Assembly: GCA_963805855.1 (NCBI GenBank)
Contig: CAWDVW010000007.1
Location: 544,001 to 608,000, forward strand
Origin: Candidatus Dadabacteria bacterium
GTDB lineage: Bacteria > Desulfobacterota_D > UBA1144 > Nemesobacterales > CSP1-2
Direction: 5' to 3'
DNA length: 64,000 nucleotides
Shown here: positions 50,078 through 59,789 of the stretch, one piece after another
Position numbering within the stretch: the stretch's first letter is position 1
How the letters are laid out: every line of letters begins with the position of its first letter
The notes under the pieces: model-generated
Told to the model about the DNA's origin: nothing
The model's database searches: none
Seen by the model: only the letters and a program-made list of their open reading frames with translations
Translations under genes and position numbers: made by a program

Positions 50078-51673
50078 TTAACCCTCTATCGAGATAAGGA
50101 TTTTTATATCCGTTCCCGTTACTTGTAAACCTGTCTCGTTTTTGTTTTCATCGCTTGTAGTGCTGTAAATTTCAATCCTCCCACCATGGTCATGAATAAT
50201 TCTGTGGCTAATCGAAAGCCCAAGCCCCGTGCCGTCTCTCTTTGTTGTAAAGAATGGATCAAAGACCTTTTTCTTCAATCCCAGTGGGATACCCGGCCCG
50301 TTATCTCGAATTGAGACAATGATAAAAGTTCCATTAAGGGAAGTCCTGAGGGTCAGGATTCCACGCCCCTGTACTGCGTGAACCGCATTGGCGATTATAT
50401 TCATAAAAACCCGTTGTATTTGACCCGGATCACAATATACCGGAGGAAGATTTCTTGAGAAATCATCGCTTACAACCATTCTTTCGAAGTTCAGACTATG
50501 TCGTAACATATTGAGCGATTCCCCTAGTAGGGAATTTATGTCACAGGGGGTCTTATCAGGAATATTGTGTCTCGAAAAATCAAGCAGTTCATTGATTATC
50601 CGTATGCATCTATTAGTGTCCTCATTGATTTTTTCAAGCTCATTGTAAAGATCGGAGCTTACTTCGACATCTTCCATCAAAAGACCAACGCTCATAAGGA
50701 TGCTTGTCAACGGATTATTGAGCTCATGAGCAACTCCGCCGGCTAAGAGTCCTATCGAGGCTAACTTTTCGGACTGGCGTAGATCCTCGTCCTTTCGCAT
50801 CAATTCCTCTGTTCTCTGCTTGACCTTCTCTTCCAGAGTTCTGCTGTAGTTTTCGATCTGTCCTCTGTACCTTTTAATTTCATCAATCATGGAGTTAAAC
50901 GATTCGGAAAGCTCTCCCACCTCGTCACGCTGTGCGACATTAACATGCCAGTCCAGGTTCCCTTCGATAATATGTTTGGTGCCCCGCATGAGACTACGGA
51001 TAGGATTGGCTATTTTTCGGGAAATGATGTACGCGACGGATGTTGACATTGCTATGACCAATAGAGTAAAGACAAATAGATAGCGAAGAGCCTTACGGCC
51101 CTCCTCGTGCGATTGCGTCTGGAGCAGCTGGACACGTTCAATCAGCGACCGGGACATAAAGTTAAGACGCGTACTCAGAAAGTAAAGTATATTGTTAATC
51201 TCGTTAACTACATTTGTACCCTCGGAGTTCCTTGACGGATTGTCGAGACCAAAGAGCCCTTGGGCAAGAGCCTTCACGTTGCTCACACCGAGAAGAGTAC
51301 TGTTTGCCATTTCCCTTGGCTCCTTTGACGCAAAGTGGCAGGAAGAATTTGCACAGCTGTTTAGTTTCTTATCAACTGTGTTTAATAATCTGTCAAAACT
51401 ATCCCTGGTACGAATATCCTTATTAACAATATATTCGCTCACCGGCATAACTAGGTTTGCAACGGCTATGTTTAACTCTCTGGTCGCCTCAAGGGAGGTG
51501 TTAATTTCCTCCAGCTCGTTATTTATCCCGATGAGTTTGCGAATCGAGTAATAACTGAATCCTCCCAATATAAGAGCTGCCGGTATTAAAACAACCAGAA
51601 AACCGAGCATCAGTTTAGTGGCTATAGTTATCCTCATATTGATCAAGAAGACGTTTTGCAAGAACGATACCAC
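50078..51673 (-). CDS. NtrB-type sensor histidine kinase (HAMP, HisKA) with periplasmic CX4CH
   Basis: AHELNNPL, DNGPGI, FFTTK..GTGLGL; CANSSCH in the periplasmic helical domain. Probable start is ATG 51637. Confidence 0.95.
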   Translation of the reverse strand: MVSFLQNVFLINMRITIATKLMLGFLVVLIPAALILGGFSYYSIRKLIGINNELEEINTSLEATRELNIAVANLVMPVSEYIVNKDIRTRDSFDRLLNTVDKKLNSCANSSCHFASKEPREMANSTLLGVSNVKALAQGLFGLDNPSRNSEGTNVVNEINNILYFLSTRLNFMSRSLIERVQLLQTQSHEEGRKALRYLFVFTLLVIAMSTSVAYIISRKIANPIRSLMRGTKHIIEGNLDWHVNVAQRDEVGELSESFNSMIDEIKRYRGQIENYSRTLEEKVKQRTEELMRKDEDLRQSEKLASIGLLAGGVAHELNNPLTSILMSVGLLMEDVEVSSDLYNELEKINEDTNRCIRIINELLDFSRHNIPDKTPCDINSLLGESLNMLRHSLNFERMVVSDDFSRNLPPVYCDPGQIQRVFMNIIANAVHAVQGRGILTLRTSLNGTFIIVSIRDNGPGIPLGLKKKVFDPFFTTKRDGTGLGLSISHRIIHDHGGRIEIYSTTSDENKNETGLQVTGTDIKILISIEG

Positions 51674-51938
51674 GGAAAATCGTGTTCGTATCGTGGGTAG
51701 TCAGTTGAAGAATGTTGTAAGGTGTCCTAAATTCAGACGGCACAAATTGATGGTGTCATTCTCATGAAGAGGCTGGTAAGCGACTTCACAGCATATTGAC
51801 CCGCGAATTCTCATTAGCTTCCTACAGGCTTGGCACCGTCACCAATGTGATACACAATCCTCCGCTTCTGCGTCATTGCTAAATTTGCCCTTTGATTTGC
51901 TCAGGATAAGCTCCCAATTTAAAATAATCTCAGAACCC

Positions 51939-52012
51939 GTCATTCCCGCGGACTGTTAGCGGGAATCCACCTCTTTATTTCTGGATCCCCGACAGATATC
52001 CTCGGGGATGAC
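51939..52012. repeat. Palindromic extragenic repeat GTCATTCCCGCG..GCGGGAATCCA..TGGATCCCCG..CGGGGATGAC (copy 1)
   Basis: Nested inverted repeats; a near-identical copy lies at 59217-59291. Confidence 0.85.
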
Positions 52013-52351
52013 AACCGGGGGATCCGGCCTCCCGAAAAATCCTGTCCCTGCATATTTCTGGTGGTAGTAAGTCCTAACCCGGGTTTGCTCCCATTCTGTC
52101 TTTGCGAGGAGTTTTATCCCGAAGCAATCTCATTTTTTTCGTTTGAGTTTGCTAGGCCCCCTTCGGGTAGGTCACGAGTCTTGCTCGTGACAAAAAAGGC
52201 AATGAATTAAGAGACTGCTTTTTCGTATGCTTATACCCCGCAGCTTGCTGACAGCTTATTTATATATGAACAGGCTTACTTGCTGATCCTTGATGTAACC
52301 TGTCACAAATCCGGGCTCGATTTGCCTAATCTATTCCCCTCTTCGCCGGAA

Positions 52352-52691
52352 TTAGTTAGCTTTCTTCAGGCTCATCAAATATGCCACCAAGTCCTGTAGC
52401 TCTTCATCGCTCCCTTTGAAAACAGGCATCTTGGCTTCAGGCAAAAGAGATTTCGGATTCCTTCATGTATTTTGTCAACCACTCGGCATCCCTTTTATCG
52501 CCTACATCAGAGAGGTCTCCACCTTTCTTACCGCCACTTCCATCTACCGTGTGACATAGGCCACACTTTTTTGCACTAAAAAGCTCTTTCCCCTTATCTG
52601 CTGATCCTTCCTGAGCCTGGGCAAGGCTACCGCTCATAGCGGAACCCATCAAAATAGCGATCCCAATTATAAGAATTAATATATGCTTCAT
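52352..52691 (-). pseudogene. Monoheme cytochrome c with a +1 frameshift (pseudogene or sequencing error)
   Basis: CGLCH. Deleting one base at 52458-52459 gives KDPKSLLPEAKMPVFKGSDEELQDLVAYLMSLKKAN*, matching the paralog at 34077-34409. Confidence 0.88.
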
Positions 52692-52875
52692 CTCGAACGA
52701 GCCTCCTTTTATAAAAAGATTAATTTTCGACTTCATACCTTCTCCTAACACCCTTCTACATAACCTATAAACCTCGTAATCCATCTATTGTTTCAAGCAT
52801 TAGCCTGATAATTCCCTGCAGCTTGTTACTGGCTATACACTGTCCCTGCTTTGACACACAACCCCACCGTTGTGC

Positions 52876-52979
52876 GTCATTGCGAAATTTGAGAAGAAAA
52901 TTGAAGCAATCTTATCTTTTCTTACTTGTTTTAGATTGCTTCGTCCCCTTCGGCCTGGCTCAGGGTTCCTCGCAATGAC
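52876..52979. repeat. Palindromic repeat GTCATTGCG..GAAGCAATC..GATTGCTTCG..CGCAATGAC (copy 1)
   Basis: Nested inverted repeats; related copy at 58956-59076 and degenerate copies near 51871, 52098 and 59580. Confidence 0.8.
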
Positions 52980-53150
52980 ACGATTGACTGATTGTTTAGG
53001 TATTGATACTCTGCCGCCTGTTGCCAGCCTATTTGCACTTTTTTCGTAATAGCTACATTTGCATCGCATGTTTCGTATAAATAAATCTTCTATTCTGAGA
53101 GAGTCATTTGTAAGTTATGGATAAAACTCTTCTTTTGTTTTAAGCCCGGA

Positions 53151-53708
53151 TTACTTCTTCTCCTGCTCCTCTCGCATATGCTCCTGAATCCCCTCCCATT
53201 CCTTTATAGAGCCCGCTGTTATGGGGCTGATAGATGTTGTGGGAATCAGAGGATAAAAATGGACCCCGCTCTTAACGTGGCAGTTAACACAACTAGCATA
53301 GAGCTTTCCGAAAGCGGCCTGAAACACATCCGATTGTTTGGAATCTATCGCTTCGATTAGCCCCGGAAAGTTCGCTGAGAGAAGTCCCTCTATTCCCGGT
53401 CTTCTCGTCGGATCGACGACTGCCGCCTTTTCCAATGTCTCTTTGATCTTCCTTGCTTGGAGGTTTGCATATTGTGTTTTCCCGGTAACCCCCGCTGCAA
53501 ACAACTCATTAAGGCGGATTCCAGTCCACAACATGAGGTCCGCATAGGACGGTTGAACAAGTCCGAGCTCATTTACCTTTTCTTCAGTTGATCCCGTAAG
53601 CCAAGCAGGCAAGGGAGGTTTATAAAAGCCCGTCTCCTTCTTGACAGCTAATCCTACTCCAACAATGAGAAAGGAGATAATGATTGAAACAAATAAGGCT
53701 TTCTTCAT
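53151..53708 (-). CDS. Monoheme helical-bundle (c'-like) cytochrome c
   Basis: N-terminal signal or TM, helical body, single CVNCH near the C-terminus. Confidence 0.8.
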   Translation of the reverse strand: MKKALFVSIIISFLIVGVGLAVKKETGFYKPPLPAWLTGSTEEKVNELGLVQPSYADLMLWTGIRLNELFAAGVTGKTQYANLQARKIKETLEKAAVVDPTRRPGIEGLLSANFPGLIEAIDSKQSDVFQAAFGKLYASCVNCHVKSGVHFYPLIPTTSISPITAGSIKEWEGIQEHMREEQEKK

Positions 53709-53854
53709 ATGACTTATCCTCCGTGTCTGAAATTACTGTGAAACATTGTATCTGGAATCCAGTTAGAATCAAGGATTTAAACACACGATTAAGCCCTGCT
53801 GAGCTGTTCTACCATTTCAAAGCCGTTGCTGGCATATTCTTTAAAAAGTATGAA

Positions 53855-54388
53855 TCAATTAGGCGTAACATGACAATTCTTACAGAGCTTGCTATCTTCG
53901 ACTGGAAGGCGGAGACGCACCTTTGTTTTCTGGGGTAGCCCAATCTTTCCCCCAAACTCAGGGATTACAACTTGGGCTAGAAAATCCTTCTCATGTTTTC
54001 CAAGATTTGCGTCATAGACGACCCTGCCTTCGATGATTCCCTGTGGATGGGGGTCATGACAAGAAAAACACGCAATCTTGTTGTTCTCATCCCCCGGAAG
54101 ACTACTCGATTGGGGAATCGAGTATTCCAAGTGCTCCTTTGATCCGACATGATGAGTTGGCAAATGGCACACCAGACAGACCTCTGACGGTTCAAAGTTG
54201 AGAAGGTACTTAGGCGCCTTCTCTCCCGGCTTAGGCATCTCGGAATGGCAAAAAAGGCAATTGTTTTCATCCTTAGGATTTTGCTCCATCGCCGCGTGGG
54301 GACTTTCTTGAGCTCCGGAAATCGAATACGGAAGCAAAACGAAAACTATCAATACTAATATCTTCTTGCCTCTTAATCTACCTGTCAT
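53855..54388 (-). CDS. Tetraheme periplasmic cytochrome c
   Basis: Signal peptide; CLFCH, CLVCH, CFSCHDPH and CKNCH. Confidence 0.88.
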   Translation of the reverse strand: MTGRLRGKKILVLIVFVLLPYSISGAQESPHAAMEQNPKDENNCLFCHSEMPKPGEKAPKYLLNFEPSEVCLVCHLPTHHVGSKEHLEYSIPQSSSLPGDENNKIACFSCHDPHPQGIIEGRVVYDANLGKHEKDFLAQVVIPEFGGKIGLPQKTKVRLRLPVEDSKLCKNCHVTPN

Positions 54389-55004
54389 ATCCGCCTCTCA
54401 TATGGCATTTTTCACAGAAAGACTTAAGCTCGTGACAGTTCCCACATTCTCTGGGATTTGCTCTGGCTTCAATCCCATGAATAAATCTAAAATTCCTGTC
54501 GTGAACCCTCAAGGTGGGAAGATCTCTCCTCTTATGGCAATCTTCGCAGAACCTGGGGCTGTGGCAGGTGTTGCAAAAAGTCGCATCCGCCTTCGCGAAT
54601 ACTGCATGTTTTACTCTCCAGTCGAAGTTATGGTTGGCCGGCATGATATCGCGCATGTTGGTATGGCAAGTGTCACAACTACTCGGTGCGATACTGCCCG
54701 CCTGAGGATTAAAATGACAAAAATGACAGGTTTGTTTACCCGGGACGAGAGCCTCATGTGAAATTTCGGCTCTTTTCTCTTGTTCTTGTTCCTTCGCTTC
54801 TATTACAAAACCCACCGGATGACATACTTGACAGTTAAATCCCTCTTGGCTCAGAACCTTCTGATGCACTTTGTGAGAAAACTTCTGCTGGGGTGTGACC
54901 GGCTTGTTCTTTTGCCACCCCCACTCGATGTCACGCTCCTGCTTGCGGCATCCGTAAAATGCAACGAGAACCAAAAGTGTAATCAAGAAAAGTTTCTTCT
55001 TCAT
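54378..55004 (-). CDS. Heptaheme lipoprotein cytochrome c
   Basis: Lipobox FYGC, c7-like FSHKVH and 7 CxxCH. Confidence 0.9.
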   Translation of the reverse strand: MKKKLFLITLLVLVAFYGCRKQERDIEWGWQKNKPVTPQQKFSHKVHQKVLSQEGFNCQVCHPVGFVIEAKEQEQEKRAEISHEALVPGKQTCHFCHFNPQAGSIAPSSCDTCHTNMRDIMPANHNFDWRVKHAVFAKADATFCNTCHSPRFCEDCHKRRDLPTLRVHDRNFRFIHGIEARANPRECGNCHELKSFCEKCHMRGGYDR

Positions 55005-56302
55005 TTTGTCACCGAGAAATTATAGCTGAGTCCCAAGTCAACTCTCGCGTCCTGATTGAAATCAGGATTCGTATTTAATTCAACATCAGCCCTTAATACC
55101 AGGTTTTTAATAAGAAGGTATTCAAAGCCCATTATGTAGCTAAATGCGTTACCCTTCTGATTGGTTATCTTTTTGTAATTGGCATAGGCAAAGGCGAATT
55201 GTAAATCCAATCCGTTGTAGATCTGTTCGTTTAAATTAAAATTGAGACCAAACGCATGGTCCTTGTCCCCTGCATCGATATAATAAAAACCATTAAACGC
55301 CGTGAGACCGATATCGCGCCAGAAGTCCCACGAAAATCCAAGCCGTGCGATATTCCCGTTTCTGTCTATATCATCAAGAATATGGTAGTTAGAATAGGCG
55401 TAACTGGCTTTAACCGTGAGGAAATTGGCAGGTATTAAGGTCACACCCACCTTGGCCTGATTAAGGCGTCCAACCGAAAAGATGTCATAAATCGGATCAA
55501 GCTGGAATTTTTCCCGCTCCTCATCAAGATTGTAGTTATCGTATTCGAGATTGACGTATAGGGATTTAGTCACTGTGATTCCCAATCCGGCTGTCCCCAA
55601 GCCTAGATTTCCCTGGCCTACATCAATTTCGGCCAGGCCGTAAAATTCTGCGAAATCGGTAAAAGGTATAGCCCTGTTGAGGGAGATATTTACAAAGTTT
55701 CTTGAGGAAAAATCCTGCGGATTATAAAATTGATAGCCGACTGAGAATAAAGCGCCCAGGATCTTACTGGACTTCAATTTAATTCCTGCTGCAGCAAAGC
55801 TTCTGAAAGGTCTCTCGGGCTCAGGCTGGAGATCTTTATCCTGGTACCCGCCGTACGCTACAAGTTCGATTCCGTCCACCGGCTTAAACCTTACCAAACC
55901 GCCGTCGAGAAGAAAAAAGGTGACGCTTTCTGTTATGATCTGCCTGCCTAAACGAACCTCAAACGTATTTGATTTATTAGAATATTGTAAAAATGCGTTA
56001 TAAACATCGAAAGACTCGTCCTCGCCACTGAATATATCCCTGTATCTCATAAAGGTGTTAAAAGAGAGGCCGCTTGATGGGCTTGAGGCATTCAATTCCA
56101 GATACTGATAAAACGGATAGAGATTCTTTCTGCTTCTATCCGGCGGAGTACGAATCGGACTGGGCGCCTGAAATAGAGAAAGGGTGTTCCCGAAGAAACC
56201 TAAGCTTCTCGGACGGACCATCTCTTCCTGGCCGTACCCAGACCTTTCCCCCAACAAGATGATTAGAATTATGAATGATGCGGGTAGAAATGCTCTTTTC
56301 AC
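55001..56302 (-). CDS. Outer-membrane beta-barrel (porin of a porin-cytochrome conduit)
   Basis: Signal peptide, alternating amphipathic strands rich in aromatics, VRLGRQ...DGG and C-terminal VDLGLSYNF; overlaps both neighbouring cytochrome genes. Confidence 0.82.
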   Translation of the reverse strand: MKRAFLPASFIILIILLGERSGYGQEEMVRPRSLGFFGNTLSLFQAPSPIRTPPDRSRKNLYPFYQYLELNASSPSSGLSFNTFMRYRDIFSGEDESFDVYNAFLQYSNKSNTFEVRLGRQIITESVTFFLLDGGLVRFKPVDGIELVAYGGYQDKDLQPEPERPFRSFAAAGIKLKSSKILGALFSVGYQFYNPQDFSSRNFVNISLNRAIPFTDFAEFYGLAEIDVGQGNLGLGTAGLGITVTKSLYVNLEYDNYNLDEEREKFQLDPIYDIFSVGRLNQAKVGVTLIPANFLTVKASYAYSNYHILDDIDRNGNIARLGFSWDFWRDIGLTAFNGFYYIDAGDKDHAFGLNFNLNEQIYNGLDLQFAFAYANYKKITNQKGNAFSYIMGFEYLLIKNLVLRADVELNTNPDFNQDARVDLGLSYNFSVTK

Positions 56303-56598
56303 TCATCAACTCCGTTATCACCATGACATATAGGACAAGCAGCAAGCCCTTCTTCGTCAACCAGTGCCTGAATATCCTCTAACGGAAGTAGACCCCCGGT
56401 GCGGTCGACCTGATGAATGTCAAATTCCGGGTGGCATGCGAAGCAATCCGAACGACCCCATCCGTCCGGGTGCTCTTCTATTGTAAGAATTAACCCTTCA
56501 GGGCTGTCAAGAATATTGCCAAAGCCTTGACCCTGGTTTTCTTCGCCTACGCAACCTATGATCAATAAAATCAATAAAATCGCCAGTAGGCTCTTCAT
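56299..56598 (-). CDS. Small diheme lipoprotein cytochrome c
   Basis: Lipobox IIGC; CFACH and CPICH. Confidence 0.87.
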   Translation of the reverse strand: MKSLLAILLILLIIGCVGEENQGQGFGNILDSPEGLILTIEEHPDGWGRSDCFACHPEFDIHQVDRTGGLLPLEDIQALVDEEGLAACPICHGDNGVDE

Positions 56599-56615
56599 AT
56601 GATTACCTCGCTAAA

Positions 56616-58779
56616 TCATTGAGGACGATTGATACGTTGATCCGGCGGGAGAAAAGGCAGATGTACCACTTCCACACCCAGAGGCTCACCAACGCCGTGG
56701 CAGTTTATACACGCGCTCTCAGGCTGAGGTCCTCCCAGATGGTTTTCTCCCGTAAGTGCGTCCCCAGCTGCATTGACTCCAAGATTGTCATGACATGCCG
56801 TGCATGTCGAAATAATCGGCGTGGTCGTAAAATTTGTCCAGCTTTCCAGTGTATCGTCAGTCTTTGTAAAGTCGCGTACGATGGTGTCCAGTATGTCAGG
56901 TCCTAAAATACCACGACCGGGGTCTAAAAGATTGGTGGTAGGCAGATGGCATACCTCACAGTCGGCCGTATTGCCCGGGTATAGGAGATCGCTAAAGTTC
57001 TGGGGGTTCCCGCCGAATCCGTAGATAATATAGGGTTTTACCGTCAGGTTCTCCCCTGTATGGATCTTATGGATCATGACCCTGAAATTAATCGAAGCCG
57101 TAGGCATCGCTGCGTCGGCGGGCCTTGTGTCTATGTCGTCGTTAGAGGGGTTATGGCAGAGGACACAATATTCGGTATTATTCCTGAGATTCCCGTGGAT
57201 GCTGAAGTCCTTGGAAAAAGTCCCATGGCAGGCATTACAGAACTGATCCTCCGTGGTATTATCAACTACAATCCGCCTCGGCACGGCGACTGGGTCGGTT
57301 ACAGGAAAATAGAAAACCACATTTTGCCCCGCCTCCTCCACTTCCTCCTGCAGGATAAGATTATTGCCCCCAACGGTTCTTGGAATCCTGCCTTCGATAC
57401 CCACGGCATACGTGCCCGTGCCATTCGGCGGTATCATTCCCTTAAACGTATAAGTAAAGTTTCCCGAAGCATCGGGACCCACCGAGTCTTGCGCCTGTCT
57501 TTCTCGCAAAACATTATCCTCTCCCGGCACGGGTGGTACATTGCCATGATAGTCCTGAATATTATAGTCTGTTGTAGGGCCGGATATCACCAGGCTCGAT
57601 GGAATTCATATCTTTCGGGTCAATAACGTCTCCGGCGTCCGTTTTAATGCTGTAAGTCACAACGGCATGCTCCCCCGGGCCCACCGTAGTCGACCCGGTC
57701 TCAGCACTCCGTACATCCACAATCTCGAAGTTCACCCCCGGGAGGGTGTCTGCCCTGAGCGGGATTGTATGAGCACCTGTCACAGAACGATCAAACTGTG
57801 TTCCAGAATCAGGAATGTGGCAGCCGGAACAATTTCCGTCGTTAAGCTGCACACCGCCGCCGTGGTTTTCTCCGGTGTCAAAGTTGACATCATCATGACA
57901 GGACCCGCAGGCCACCCTGGACGGATCTTCCTTATAGTCATCACTCTGAGTCGCTTGAGATGTATGACATTTTGTGCAGTTCCTTATGTCCTGAGGGAAC
58001 TCGACGTTAGAGTAATCGTGTCCTCCAACCACGTACGGGATTCCAGCCTCAACACTAGGGAGCATCGCCCCCCTGTGAATCTTATGCACCATGACCTTAA
58101 AATCGACGGTGTTGCCAGCGTCGTCAGTCGTCTGAGGGGTATGACATAGCACACAGAGCCTCACATCCCTCCTGAAACCACCGTGTAATGCTAGGGGATC
58201 ATGACAAACATTACAGGCGTCGGTACTCACTACATCCCTGACAACTGTCACCGTAGCTCCCGATGGCACAAAGTCAAACGCGCTGTTCGCAACAAACCTC
58301 CTAGCAACGTTATCAACGGTAGCCTGCCTGTCTGCATAAATACCCACAGTATGAGTTACATCCATCTCATAGCCTTCGGGCAGGACAGTATGAAAGGAAT
58401 ACTCATAAACACCATCACCTAGGGGTTCCAGGGTTCCCTCGTTTGAGTCTTCGGCGGCAGCTTGGCCGTCCTCGTTGGTTATGTAGTCGGTGTATTGGCT
58501 GTCACCCTTTCCAATGAATGCAATAATAAGGCGTATCCTCACGCCTTCAGTGGTCAGAGGGTTCCCCATATCGTCTGTAAGCTTAATGGTCACAATCGGT
58601 CTTCTATCAGGCGGTATCGTGGCATCAAGAATGTCGACTATTAGACCGCTGCCGGTAGCAAGCGGTGGGGGATTTACGCCCCCTCCTCCCCCGTCATCGC
58701 ATCCCACAAGTGTTAAGGAAAATCCCGATAAAATGATAAGTAAGAGATTAAAAAGGGTGTACTTTTTCACGGCTCTCAT
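56616..58779 (-). pseudogene. OmcA/MtrC family decaheme lipoprotein split by a +1 frameshift near 57597 (pseudogene or sequencing error)
   Basis: Lipobox LVGC; beta domain, 5 hemes, beta domain, 5 hemes, with CNxCH...HG.R...CVLCH and MxHKIH duplicated. Removing one base joins ...DMNSI to SLVISGPTTDY. Confidence 0.88.
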
Positions 58780-58829
58780 CCTCTCTTTTCAGTAGATATT
58801 TATATTATAAACTTTTATTCTAGTCAAGA

Positions 58830-58892
58830 GGCAATTTTAGTGCCAGGATATTGAAGTTTCTCTATTCTTGCAGTCTCGCAAGAATGGTGCCA
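58830..58892 (-). promoter_or_regulatory. Two tandem sigma-54 elements
   Basis: TGGCACTAAAATTGCC (58830-58845) and TGGCACCATTCTTGCG (58877-58892). Confidence 0.75.
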
Positions 58893-58955
58893 ATAGTAGA
58901 ACCTTTCGTTATCCCCTGTAATCGGATGGATAACCAAACCCTCTGCCGGAGTGCT

Positions 58956-59076
58956 GTCATTGCGAGCGTTAGCGAAGCAATCTGCAACCCAACTACTGTA
59001 TAGGCCGCTGCAAATCGAAACGCTCTGCTGATTTTGCAGCAGATTGCTTCGGGACTTTTCAGTCCCTCGCAATGAC
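58956..59076. repeat. Palindromic repeat, GTCATTGCG..CGCAATGAC family (copy 2)
   Basis: GTCATTGCGAG..GAAGCAATCTGC..GCAGATTGCTTCG..CTCGCAATGAC. Confidence 0.85.
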
Positions 59077-59216
59077 ACTTCCCGGACTGCCATTGGCGTA
59101 GATGCCAAGTAATTCGGGGACAGAATCTTCATAAGCTTCTCCCTCATTTGTATTAACCTTATTTCTATCTTCTTTGTCTTGATACAAAGACGCAAAAATC
59201 AAGGTTGTCCCCTTTT

Positions 59217-59291
59217 GTCATTCCCGCGGATTGTTGGCGGGAATCCATGCTTTTTCGCTCTGGATCCCCGACTACCGATTTCGGGGATGAC
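59217..59291. repeat. Palindromic repeat, GTCATTCCCGCG family (copy 2)
   Basis: Matches 51939-52012 in the stem segments. Confidence 0.85.
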
Positions 59292-59736
59292 ACAATGACT
59301 TCAAGAAATTTAATCCAACTGCAACCCGGTCATCCTGAGCCCGGTCGAAGGATGATTTTAGATCACCAGGTCGAGTAATTGCACACTTCGATGAACTCAG
59401 TGTGAACGGGTTAGGAAGATTTTAACGCGTTCATTCTCGATTATCGTAACGCAATTTTTGGAAGGCCATTAAAGTCATTTTCATTCCAAAAAGCATTAAT
59501 CAAGATATATTTATCCACTAAATCGTATGAATTTTCCCCGAAATATCTAACATCTACAGCAATGACGGTTCCGCGGCTGGCATTGCGAACACTTCGATTC
59601 CTCAGGGCAGGATTGCTCGTGACTATGGGCTATCTCAAGTCAGGGGGCAATTTTAGTGTCAATTTTAGTGCTAACATGGTGAAGCACACAGCATATTTTG
59701 CCTAGCAAAAATCATGCTTGGATCTGAATCTCAAAG

Positions 59737-59762
59737 GCGGCAAGGCTGGTTGGCCTTGCCGC
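59737..59762 (-). terminator. Probable terminator hairpin
   Basis: GCGGCAAGGC-N6-GCCTTGCCGC just downstream of the 59790 stop codon. Confidence 0.7.
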
Positions 59763-59789
59763 TTGTGAACTCTTTAAACCGTATGACTG

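Noticed and set aside
152-58795. Numerous short track ORFs overlapping assigned genes on the opposite strand or in other frames
   Set aside because: They lie within well-supported genes and lack independent motifs.
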